The position numbers and the translations under genes are program-made. From Nemertoderma westbladi (Eukaryota > Animalia > Xenacoelomorpha), in assembly GCA_032718475.1 (NCBI GenBank), contig JAUCBJ010000081.1, positions 1 to 43,821 on the forward strand: DNA of 43,821 bases, read 5' to 3'. The notes below the pieces were generated by a model. That model searched no databases, was not told the origin of the DNA, and saw only the letters and a program-made list of their open reading frames with translations. Shown piece after piece: positions 1 to 11,300 of the stretch (positions are counted from its first letter, which is position 1; each line of letters opens with the position of its first letter).

Positions 1-420
1 CGATTTGTTTTGATTTATTTGTTCTGATTTGTTTAATTTGCTTACCTTGATAACCGAAAGCCTTTTTTGTATTTTAGGCACTAAAGTTAATTCGTAAATT
101 TGTATTTGTATGTACGATCGATTGTATTTACGCCGTATCTGCAATATTAAGTATGCAATGATTAGATAGTGATTATATTTTATATTTTAGGCCCTACCAG
201 TAAATTTAGAAATAGTTTGTAAATATTTTATATTTCGATTGGTGAAAACAGTCTTACTTACTGTTTTCATGGAGCGGTGATGAATTATTTCACTATAAGG
301 TAGCATTTGTAGTTTAACTTTAACGTAAAAACTTTTGAAAATCCGACGTATTTTGATTAAGTTACAGTAATGTAATATGCCTATTCATATTTGTACACAT
401 AAAACCCTTAGGTACTCTCG

Positions 421-490
421 TGGCGTAGTGGTCAGATGGTTAAGGCGTTGGTTACATTACGTAGGTTACGAGTTCGAATCCCAGTCGGGA
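421..490 (+). ncRNA. tRNA-like sequence (tRNA-derived SINE head or tRNA pseudogene)
   Basis: Pol III A-box-like GTGGTCAGATGGTTAAGGCG and B-box GAGTTCGAATCCC at tRNA spacing; no clean anticodon or acceptor arms. Confidence 0.65.
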
Positions 491-534
491 AATTTGTATT
501 TTGGGGCCATTTATTTTCGTGTGGTGCTAATTGG

Positions 535-795
535 TAGGCCAATGAGAAGCGTACAGCGTAGCGAATGATGAGCCAGGCCAATCATAGGGCATAAATTATC
601 TTATTGCTCAAATGTGAGGCAGTGGAAAATTCTGTTAGGATTCCATGTCCCAGATTAGTGTAAGGGCCGGACTGCGTTGAACGATGAGCTGGGCCAATCA
701 TAGAGCACGAAGCACTTCATTGCTCAATGGCGAAGCTGTGGAAAATTCTGTTTAGTTTCCATGTGCAATTTCTAGTATAAAAGGCCGGTTTGCCT
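535..795 (+). promoter_or_regulatory. Imperfect ~118-bp tandem duplication with CCAAT boxes, ending at a TATA box
   Basis: Two copies of GATGAGC..GGCCAATCATAG...TTGCTCAA...GTGGAAAATTCTGTT...TTCCATGT; TATAAAAGG at about 777-785. Confidence 0.5.
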
Positions 796-2029
796 TCGGA
801 TATCACGTTATTAACTTCTTAGAACCCTTATGTTACACTCTCTTATTCTTGTAAAATTAGTTAATTCGGTTTCTTGTTGAAACTTTATTTGATAAATCCT
901 TTTGTAAAACTGTAAATATACTGCAATTTCCTGACATGTTTTCTTTTGGTCCGACTTCGGGACAGCCGAACACCAGGGAGATGGCAGCCTAGATCGTTAG
1001 GCCGTAAGCAACGCAGGGAGGGGATGTCCACAACACGCTAGCGCCCACATTGGATTGACCGCGCACCCCCTTTGCCCCTTCGAAATGCTCAACTTGCTAT
1101 GCAGCGCCCGCTTTGTGAGAAAGGTAAGACTTTGTTCGACGCCCTTGCCTGCCGTAAGACCTATAGATCAGGGTAAGCGTGACACCGTACTGGACGCCGC
1201 AAATTTAGGATCAAATAATTATATCCAGACACCCCCCCTCCTTTGTCAGTCCTACGAACCCCTGGGTTAACCTGTACTTCCTACAGGTGCGAACTATTGC
1301 CATTCGTCAGTACGCGAGTACATATTAGGTACGGACAGCATATGTTCCATAATTTAGTGAGTCGTAGCACTGACTGTTTGGTACCGGTTCGCTTTGTAGA
1401 ACGTACATTAGTACCCCCCCCCCCCTTGTCTGGAGTTAGCTATTTGATCAGGCAAGGAGTATTTCTGCTACCGGCACACTGCTTGGCCTAGGGAGGTTTA
1501 TTAATATCCTACCGCGCCTTGCCACGTACTGATAGGTATTGCTGCTAACTACCGCAGCAACAAAGTTCTAGAATTAAATTAGTATACCAGATCAGCTAAC
1601 GTACGGTAGCGATTAACCCCTATTCTTATCTTACAACCAGAATCTGGTATTAGTGCCGATCACGGGTGTAGTTACTAACACTGTGGTTGCCCATTGGGTT
1701 GTGGATAGGAAGGAGAGAGCTTTGACGTCATTCGTGAGTATAAAGTTCTACAAACGCGACTAGTTTATTTTAGTAGCTAGCGCACGGTATCATTTAGTCA
1801 GAAAATCACTAAAACCTAGTAAAAGGAATTACACGAAATTGTTTTATTTGTAACACACCCACACACACACGCCCTAAAACATATTGCCCTTAAAGTTCTA
1901 CTAGCTATAGCGTACTATACATTACTTTAGGTGGAAATTATTTGTATTTGTAAAATTAGGATCTGATTTAGTTGTGGCACAATAAGGAGTATTTCACTTT
2001 CGTTATTAAACTGTTGTTTGTCTGGACAA

Positions 2030-2230
2030 CGGTATTGTTACATTTAGGCCTGACCCTTTAGACTGATTTCGTACAGGGGGATCAGTTATCGTTACATTTA
2101 GGTACGACCCTTTTTCGACTGATTTAGGACTGTCAGTGTTGTTACGCTAGGTATGTTAACCCACTAGCTCGTATATAAACCATATAAATCACACCGCGGC
2201 AAGTTACTGTATTTAGGACTGTCAGTGATA
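2030..2230. repeat. Short degenerate local repeats
   Basis: GTTACATTTAGG..GACCCTT..GACTGATTT twice, about 55 bp apart; ATTTAGGACTGTCAGTG twice. Confidence 0.5.
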
Positions 2231-2599
2231 GTTAGGATTCGCTGCGCGGGGATTGTTTTCCCGTGAGTTTGGTCTGTTACCGTAACTGTACATCTGCCTC
2301 ACCGGTTAGAGGACAGGTATCCTTCTGTCTAGTACGTAGGCATTAGACCCGCTCACGTACATAGAATAGATACAAGGCTCTGTTCCTCGCCAGTAGTCGT
2401 TTGTGTACTGTATCTGTTTATTTAGATATCCTGGACTGGGATTTGTTGTCAGATACTGTACGAGCCCGTATACATTACTAGAGTCTCATAGTAAGATACA
2501 TCGTTACTAGGATCTGGTAAGCGGTATACTACTGGACCCTTACAATTTCCATATAGCGATGCGCCTGACTCAGACACAGACATTTTCGACCATGATACA

Positions 2600-3163
2600 G
2601 ATACCTCTGAGTTCTTTGAAAACTTTGACAATCCAATTTTTTCAGATATTGATCCCAATACAAATTTATTGGATCCCTCCATTAGCGGGGCTATTTTGAT
2701 ATACAATCTTTTAAAAAAAAATTGGCAACGGAATCAAAATGCTCACCGTCTGATATTTCACTGTTTCAAATCAACTGTCGCAGCCTGTTTAAAAATTTTT
2801 CCAGCCTCAATGAAATTCTATCTGGTTTGAACTTGGCGTTCAGTTTTCTTGCTTTTGCCGAACCTTTCCTAAAAAAACGACAATAGTATGAATAATTTAG
2901 GTATCGATGGCTACGACCCACCAGTTGTTGATTTTAAAAAGGATAGCACGTCCGGCAGAGGGGGGGGGGGGGGGGGGGGCAGCAATATTAAACAGGGCAT
3001 AGCAGCAATTGAAAGACCCGACCTTAAATTAAACATAAAAGGGATTGAAAACACATGGGTGGAAATTCCAGACAAACATAAACCCAACCATTCCCTGATT
3101 GTTAGCTGCATTTATCGCCCTGGGTCATCCAACTACAACGATTTTGTCGAGGCTCTAGATCCT
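2600..3163 (+). pseudogene. CR1/L2-group LINE ORF2, start of the APE endonuclease (5' piece)
   Basis: Translates to DIDPNTN, SLFQINCRSLFKNF, RGGG, IENTWVEI, IVSCIYRPG; frameshifted; continues at 17601. Confidence 0.8.
3027..3163 (+). repeat. 137-bp target-site duplication of the RTE insertion (left copy)
   Basis: Matches 17601-17737 (AATTAAACATAAAAGGG...GGCTCTAGATCCT); the two copies flank the RTE exactly. Confidence 0.9.
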
Positions 3164-3201
3164 ACTACTACTACTACTACTACTAGGTCGAGCGAACTCG
3201 G
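3162..3201 (-). mobile_element. RTE LINE 3' end with (TAG)8 tail
   Basis: (CTA)8 at 3162-3185. Joining to 15027 across the CTCGG TSD restores the ORF end ...STVRVRST*, whose stop is the first TAG of the tail. Confidence 0.88.
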
Positions 3202-3748
3202 TGTGACGGGATCCAGATGAGATCCCGGTTTATCCATTTGTTAGTTCACTCGTCCCCGCCGTGTATGAAAGATAAAGGAGTTTGTGCTGTTCCTCGTATA
3301 TAATATTTGGGTATACAGATATAGATATAGGTATAGATATGAGATAATATGGTTGTTGTATACGGAAGGCGGGATACGGTAACTAAAGTCCCGGTCCTTC
3401 CCTAGCTAAACTATCTAACCTAAACTAGCACCAATATTGCACTGAGATAACTGAATTGATATGATTACTGCCAAGTGGCTATATTGCACGGTTGGCCTTG
3501 TTACTCTACCTAATCGATGCCTTTCCCCCCTCTGATTGGTTGATACCCTTGTTGGCGCCCTTTGGAGTGTTCCCGTTCACTCCACCTGTTCTCTCTGGGT
3601 TAGGGGTTTGGCCCCTGACCCTCGTTGTGTGTTTCCTTCCCATTCTTATTGGGATGGCACGAGTTGGTTAATTGCCCAATCTCGTGGCTCCCAATATTGC
3701 TTATCGGCTTAACTTTATGGGGTGTTAGCGGGATTGAATAAGCGAACA
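3202..3748 (-). repeat. 3' LTR of element A
   Basis: TGTGAC...GCGAACA; near-identical to 14473-15021; adjacent to the PPT. Confidence 0.95.
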
Positions 3749-3757
3749 CTCCCCCCC
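3749..3757 (-). other. Polypurine tract of element A
   Basis: Minus strand GGGGGGGAG immediately precedes the TGT of the 3' LTR. Confidence 0.85.
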
Positions 3758-4460
3758 ATGCTATCTTCCCGGTAAGAAGATAGCATCAACCAAAAAAGTG
3801 CGCTACAATCCCGCTGGATCCCGATCTAGTATCGGGTGTGGGGTGGAATTATTTTCTCTCAGAGCCGGCTTTCCAGGCCGCTCCCTATGGGTATGATAAC
3901 GCTACCCTGTGTGCCTGGCGTCTCATGTCGGGCCGATCGCGCTCACCTCTCACGCAACTTTTGTTTCCCCAACACTTCCGCCCTATCTCTTCTTCACTCT
4001 CATCCTAACTCTCTCATACACTCGGACCTCCTCGTCCCTCACTCAGCCTCTTATTCTCCCCCCCCCACACTAGAATTGCGTCCGCACTCTCTCTGCACTT
4101 CGCTCTATTACTCCGTCCCTCAACCCCACTTTGACTACCTCATTCCTCCTGACGAATCTCCCCCCCCCCTCTTGTGCCGTCGCACTCAAGAAGTGTGAAA
4201 TTGTCTGGTGTCTCGTCCATAGTGCCATAGTCAGTTATCCCCCAGTCCCAGTAGCTAATTGAGAAAGGTTGTATGACTATAGTACTTACTCCGAACGTAT
4301 ATATTTGTAGATTACTAATTACTACGTACGTACATACAAATTGCACTTATAGGATTATTTGCATTAATTAAATTTGTACTTAATAGTTCGTACGTCCCAC
4401 GCGGCGCCTTCCAGGCGCACCACGTCCAAGTCTCAGTTTCTCTCCCTCGGCTCTGGGAAC

Positions 4461-7008
4461 CTATCTGTTCCTCTGGGGATAGTTCCCCCTGGCATCCTCT
4501 TCCCTGGGTCGTTTCTTGGTTACCACCGTTCCTCTGGGATCCGCTTTCTGCTTTCGGACCTTTGCCGCCACCTCCCTGCTGATCCCGGTCGTTGGCTCCT
4601 TGGGCACTGGTGTTATTAGTGCCCGATATCGCTTCACCGGTGGCCCCTCAGAGTGGCCCGGTTGTCTCCCTCTGGTGGCGTCCCATAGGATCATCTTCAT
4701 TGCTTGTGGTACGTGCTCCGCCAAGAAATCCCTAAATTCCCTTCGGTTCTGTGGCGTCCATCTGTCCAAATATCTTTGCGTGTTCATCACTCCGGCGTAC
4801 GACGCCGCCGTTGCTACCTCTTGGTAGGTAAACGGTAGCCTCCGCTTTATGATTTCCATGTGAGTCTCCTGATTGATAAGGAAGAAACCCCACTTGAACT
4901 CCTGGGCCTTCATGCGCTGACGCGTCATGGCCCCGACGTCGGCCCACTCCTCGAATCTTGTGAACTTCTCCTCGTCATTCATCCAGTCGCACTCGCGTCC
5001 GTAGTGTCCCCGAAAGTGGCACTTTGGACATCGATTATGCAACCGTGGACACGCCCCCATCCTGTGGCTTGGCTCTCGGCAGTAGAGACAAAAAGGTTCC
5101 CTTCTGGAACCGGTACAAGCAGCTCCTTTCCTGGTGGGTCTGTCTCCCACAGTAGTTGCAGCCGAGTACCAATGTCTCCCGTCCCACCTCGTCTTTCGTC
5201 CCAAGCGATCTCCGCGGTCTGTGGAGTCGCTGGTAGGCGAACTTCTCCACGTTGGTGTCTCTATCTACGTCGATCTCTCCGCCCCTCTCGGGCATCGTCT
5301 CCCCGAATACTATCCATGGTGCCGTCCCCGGTTGCTCGCCCAACCTGATAGTGCTCCCCGCGAAATCCATCGCCGGCTCCTCGTGCACCCAGGTCCGCTT
5401 GCCGGATCTGTTCCAGAAGGCCCTCGCCCCACTGGCCATCACCACCCTTCCGCCAACCCAGTCCGTGTCCGAGTGGCCTATCCTCTCGATGGGCGGCATC
5501 TCTCCGAACTCGTCGTCGTCGTCCTCCTCTTTTGGCAGTGTCTCCAACCCTGGTATCCCGATGGATCCACTATGTCCCTTCCCGCCTTGGCTCTCGCCCG
5601 TAGCTCTCCATCCCTCTAACTCCCTTAACTTCCTTGGCGGTTGGTCGCCTTCGGCGCCCGCTGGTATGGGCATCGTTTGCAACCCCGACGTCGACTGTTT
5701 CGGTGATCCCACCGTCCATCCCAGTTCTCGCCCTAGAGACTCCCCCGAACTCCCTGATGAAGTCCAATGAAGTTCGTCTAGGCCTGCCTGTTCCTCGAAG
5801 CCGTAACTCTGTGTCCTGGCCTCCTCTTCCCTCTCCTCTGCTTCTATCCTCTCCCGTCTGGCGACTTCCTCTAGTCGCTTTGCTTCTCGTCTATCCGTCT
5901 CTAGCTGCTCCCATCTCTGATACGGCGTATCTGTCTCCCCGTCTACCAGATGTCGGCTGTTGTAGTACACCGACTCGCCCTTCAGCCCCGGGTGGTCTAC
6001 CAGACCGTCGAAGGCCGTCTTAAAGGCTCTCCTGTAGCTTAGGGGTGATCCCGATAACAGAAATGCCCCTGGTTCCCTCTCGATGACCACGGTCATAAAT
6101 AAGTTAAGCAAACTTATCATCATCCAATCTTCCTGCAGGATATATCGCTTCTGATATACCTTTATCGCTCCTCTGCAGAATTGATATACCTCTTGCTTTC
6201 CCGGTCTTGCTCCCCACTTTAGCGAGTTCGCTAGTTCTGCTCCGTATTCTTCCCTAAACTTCCCCCAATCCATCGGTTTGTGGCACACGAGCCCCAATAA
6301 TTGGCCCATTGCCACCGCCCCGCATTGGCCTGTGTTTTCGACTACCCCCAACCCATCCGGTGCCGTCATAGCCATAAAGACCTTCTGCATATCCAGGAGG
6401 TTGGTGGCGTCCGGACCGATGATTCTCTCCGCATCCTCGCGAATCGCCGATCCCACTTTCGTCGTCGACTTCTCTCTTACCAAGACTTGTACCGCTTTCG
6501 GTAACCGGTTTAATTTCGGCCCGTCCTTCTTCCCATACGTTCCTAGATCGAATAAGAAGATGTCCCCATTTGGCGCGGCCAAATGTAGGAGTATGGTCCT
6601 GGCCGACCCCGCCGTTCCTCGTCTCGAACCCGCCTCGTCTTCCACTGTTCCCTCGTCGTCTAGGATCATATATCCTCCTCTGTTGACGGACTCTATGAAT
6701 CTCTTCCAGTCCTTCCTCGGTGATTCCCTCGGGTACTTCGGAATCCCGAACTTCGCCTCGTCCCCTTTCACCACGTAGTGGAAGTGTTGGAAGATCGCGT
6801 TGTCCAGCGACGGCGTCCCGTAGGTCCCGACCAGCCGCTGTTCGTGCATCTCCCTGAAGTGATCCTGCAGCGCTCGCGCCGCGTGACCCCTTTCCAACCT
6901 CTCGTAGTATCCTCTCGTCTTCTCTTCTGGATGCCTCTCGGTGAAATCCACCAGTATCTCCTTTCCTCCTGACTCCGCCTTTCTCTTCCTGATCAACTTG
7001 CTCGCCAT
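4461..7008 (-). CDS. Accessory ORF3: DEDD(y)/DnaQ-like 3'-5' exonuclease, acidic linker and 3 CCHC zinc knuckles (one frameshift at about 5090-5094)
   Basis: YMILDDEG (ExoI), LLHLAAPNGDIFLFDL, LPKAVQVLVREKSTTKVGSAIREDAERI (ExoII), NLLDMQ, QKRYILQED (ExoIII-like); knuckles CNYCGRQTHQERSC, CLYCREPSHRMGAC, CPKCHFRGHYGREC. Copy B reads through the frameshift site in frame (QKGTSCLYC). ATG at 7008 is conserved in B (26196). Confidence 0.8.
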
Positions 7009-7494
7009 TCCGAACACTCACTCGCTCACCTGCAAGGGGGTGCCTTACCAAGGCGCAATACAGATGAGTGATGTATCTAGGATGTTCTGTACGGTTCGAT
7101 AATGGCCTATTTCTTACTTAACTGCGCCTTTTAACCTAAATTATTACTAATTAATTTTGAAGCTAGTAAATGAGCGTAATTTACGATTTCTGTCCGTTAC
7201 TTTTATTATGTTCTAGAATAACTTTCCTTGTGTTGCCATTATTTGTAACTTTCAGCCCTATTCTATTTATTCATCTATTTTAATTCTACTGTCCTACTAC
7301 TTACTATTACCTATGGATTATTCTATTCTCTAATCCACATTCTGGCCTACTCTGTGGGCCTATGCAGTACAGCAGTATGCGTCGTGTGGCCACACGATTT
7401 ACCCAGCTGTACTCATATGCCCCCCTCTCGCTACTAACTGCTAACTAATATCTATATCTTATATACCCCTTTTACCTCTTACTCTCTCTCTTCT

Positions 7495-8205
7495 AACTAA
7501 CGGTACTACGTACCCTCTAACTCTAATTCTAACTAACTAATGGTACTACGTACCCTCTAACTCTCCTCTAACTAACGGTACTACGTACCCTCTAACTCTT
7601 CTCTAACTAACGGTACTACGTACCCCCTAACTCTCTAACTAACTAGCGGTACTACGTACCCTCTAACTCTAACTAACTAGCGGTACTTACGTACCCTCTA
7701 ACTCTCTAACTAACTAACGGTACTTACGTACCCTCTAACTCTCTAACTAACTAACGGTACTTACGTACCCTCTAACTCTCTAACTAACTAGCGGTACTAC
7801 TTACCCTCTAACTCTAACTAACTAACGGTACTTACGTAACCTCTAACTCTAACTAACTAGCGGTACTTACGTACCCTCTAACTCTCTAACTAACTAGCGG
7901 TACTACGTACCCTCTAACTCTAACTAACTAGCGGTACTTACGTACCCTCTAACTCTAACTAACTAGCGGTACTTACGTACCCTCTAACTCTCTAACTAAC
8001 TAGCGGTACTACGTACCCTCTAACTCTAACTAACTAGCGGTACTTGCGTACCCTCTAACTCTCTAACTAACTAGCGATACTACGTACCCTCTAACTCTCT
8101 AACTAACTAGCGGTACTACGTACCCTCTAACTCTCTAACTAACTAGCGATACTACGTACCCTCTAACTCTCTAACTAACTAGGTACTACGTACCTCTTAA
8201 CTAAC
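7495..8205. repeat. Tandem array of about 20 units of 34-40 bp, each with a GGTAC-(T)TAC-GTACC mini-hairpin
   Basis: Unit approx CGGTACTACGTACCCTCTAACTCTCTAACTAACTAG, read directly from the sequence. Confidence 0.95.
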
Positions 8206-8394
8206 TTCTGCCTACTAACTGCGTACCTACTATGTACTTATTTATTTTATTTTATTTTCTATTTTTTTTGTGTGGGAAGGGCGTCTCGCCCTCAATCCCA
8301 CCCCCCTCAGTCCAAATCTTGGACGACTAAACTCTTCTCTAATTCCACTAAGGTGCTCCTTCTAGCAGACAGGTAACACCTCTGCCCGCACCTT

Positions 8395-11300
8395 TTACGG
8401 ATCTAACTCTTCCATCCCAGTCCAACCTGTTGGACAACTCAGCGACCCAAGGGGTGATTCCTCCAGCAGGCAACTCTCCCACTGCCCCCCTATAGGTTCT
8501 CTAATTCTTCGCTCCGCTCTCCTTGTCAATTCGATAGGTGGTCTTTTCTCCTGTTTTTGGAAATGCTGTCTGCTATTTATGTTTCTGATCTCGTGGTCGT
8601 CCCTTGGCGGCAAAGTGCCACCCTTCAACGTGTCACCCGGCGGTATAATGCCGCCCCTGTTCTTCTCCTTAATCTTAGATGCCACCTCTGCTGGCCTCCC
8701 CCTTAATATGTGTGCTGGCATTAAAGGCGTCCACGACCCCTGTTCGTCCTTCGGTATACACGGTCTCTGCCCATGTAATGCCCCTTCACACTCTGTCAGT
8801 CCCGCGTGCGTATGCAGCACGCCTCCTACTTTCCCGGATCCTTTGTCCATCACACGCACACCCACGGGCTTCTCTGCCCCTGGTCTGATCGTCTCAAGTC
8901 TTCTCCCTTTCCATTTAGTCCTCCTGCTCGGCCTCCCCCTTGTCGGCATGCCTCCCAACCGGACCGGCATCTCTTCCGGACACTTCTCCAGCCTGTCCCC
9001 TGGACATTTTGCCGTCCGCCCCTCTCCATCTCCATACCGATGCTTGCTGGGACTCTTGTTCCAGCCCATCGTCTCTAGATCTTCTGCATCCATGCCATTC
9101 TCCTCCGCCCACTCTCTTGGTGTTGCTTCCACTTCTAGCTGTCTACCACTATTGCCCATCTCTGGCCTCTCCTCTATCTCGTCGACAGTTCCTGGCACCA
9201 TGCATCCTGAACTCTCAGACACATGGAATGGTATATTACTCTTAATTGGGCCTGTCAGTGTCCACCCGAATGGTGTTAATATCGCCACCGGGTCACACTG
9301 CTTGTCTTTGCCGAAGACCGTTTGCATTCTTTCGTGGGCTGTTGGGCAGTCCATCCCTACTATGATGGATACCTTCCTAACGTCCACGTCTGGGATTGAG
9401 AAGTCAATGTCGTCCAGGAATTTATACTGCTCGACCTCGATGTTGGTTGGCCGCCTGGCATTGATATTAATTGACTCTATCACTTGGATGGGGTCGATGG
9501 TTGCCCCATAGTCGCATCCTGGTGCCACTGCTGCAATTGCGCACCGTCCTGTTCTCATCTCCAGGGTCTCATCTTTGCTAGAGATGGTTGTTACCGCCAT
9601 TCTGCTTGGTCTCGTTCTCAATCCTATCTCTTCGGCCACCCATTCCTCGACTAATGTGAAGGCAGCTACACTATCAACCAGCATTAGTGTTGTTACTGAT
9701 CGATTGCCTTCCCCAATCACTCGCACGGGTACTACTCCAAGTAACACCGTTCCTCTCTTCTTCGCCCCTACTGTGCTCGTCGCCATCGTTTGGCCTCTCC
9801 TCTGACCAAATTTTATCGGCTTCTCCTTGCACTCCCTTGCTCTATGTCCACTCATTACACATCGCGAGCAGATTTTGTTGCTCAACGCATAATCTATCTG
9901 ATCTTGCCTAGGTAGCGCCTGCCAGTACCTGCAGTTCATGGTTTGATGAAGCGCATTTGCGTGTAGCTGGCATTTGCTCTTTGGGTCGTAGCCCTCTTTA
10001 TACAGCGCATTGCGTATCGCAGTTGCGTTCGTACCAAAGTCCCTACTATTCTTATTGTTTGGATTCGGCCTAGTGGACATACTGGGGTTATGTTTATTCG
10101 TGTTGTTATTGTTTCCCTGTCCGTTCCATGGTGTTGTCTTATCCTCGGCTAGCTGTGGACTTGCAGTCCCCTGCGTCGCTGCATATGGCAATGATTGCCT
10201 GAGTCTCGGTAATGCGTTTGATGTATTGTGCTCTGGTTTCGGTCTATGGTAGTCTGTCTTCGGTCCCTTTCCCAGGCTATCTTCACTATAGACTGGGTCA
10301 GTTATTAGTTCAGCCTCGTAGTTTAAGAAGTTTGACATTTCTTCTAAACCCGGTTCCGCACCCTTCTTATCTCGAGTGGAGAAGGCGATTTTCCTCCACT
10401 TGTTGCGCAGCCAGTTTGGTAGTGCCTGCGCCATCGTGGTGATGTTGTTGGACGCGTTGAGCTCGTATGGCGCGTCTAGCGTCTTCAGCACGATCAGCGC
10501 CTTTTCTACTTTGTTAGCGAACGTTTTAATGCTAACGGGATTATCCTGTAGGCCACCCGATGTTATGCCTCTCAGCGTTTGCCTGATGATCTTGGCCAGG
10601 TGCCCGTATTCCCTATCCAGTGCCCGCCATGCTGTTGTGAAGCCGCCCTCTATTCCTTGATATTGCCTCACGATATCGTATGCTGGGCCTCCCGTGTATA
10701 CTTGCAGATACTTTAGGCACTCCGCCTGCATCAAGTTTTTTGTTAGTATTTCGTTACTATACATGCGCCGAAACTGTAGATATTCTTCCGGCCTGCTCCC
10801 ATCGAATTTGAATGGTTCCACGGGTGGTAGCTCGATCCTCGTTTTCAACGCATCGATCAACGTGGCCATCCCCATCGCCTGTGCTTCCAATGGGTTCGAC
10901 GGATGTTGTGTAGTTTCTCCTGTCTGGCACGGTTCGTCCGTCCTATTTCTTGACTTTCTCTGACTTGGGTATGTCATCGGGGGTAGCGGCCCCCTCCATA
11001 TATCTGTATCACACGACCTGTTCTCATCCAAGGGTCTCGTTGTTCTTGCTCCTATCGGGGTATATTGTTGATATTGTGATGGGGGAATGTCACCCTGTCC
11101 CCCCCCCCCCCCCCCCGCCGGTATGTTTGGTACTGGGGTTGATGTTAATATGTTGGGGCCCATACACCTATCCGCAATAATTCCCCCCTCCCCTGGGTAT
11201 ATGTTATGTCCCTGCATGCTGTAGTCATACTGCTGTACTGGTACCGGTATAGGCCTACCAGCTTCTGGCCTACCCGCCGGTATGTATTCCGCGACTTCCG

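Noticed and set aside
421-490. Functional tRNA gene
   Set aside because: No convincing cloverleaf; only the A and B boxes are clear.
946-965. TGGTCCGAC as a primer-binding site
   Set aside because: No definable LTR end or partner LTR, and I cannot assign a tRNA to it.
4461-7008. env gene or host mut-7/EXD gene
   Set aside because: No signal peptide or transmembrane helix; intronless, inside the LTRs and present in the sister copy.
7495-8205. CRISPR array
   Set aside because: Spacers are not unique, there are no cas genes, and the context is a eukaryotic retrotransposon.
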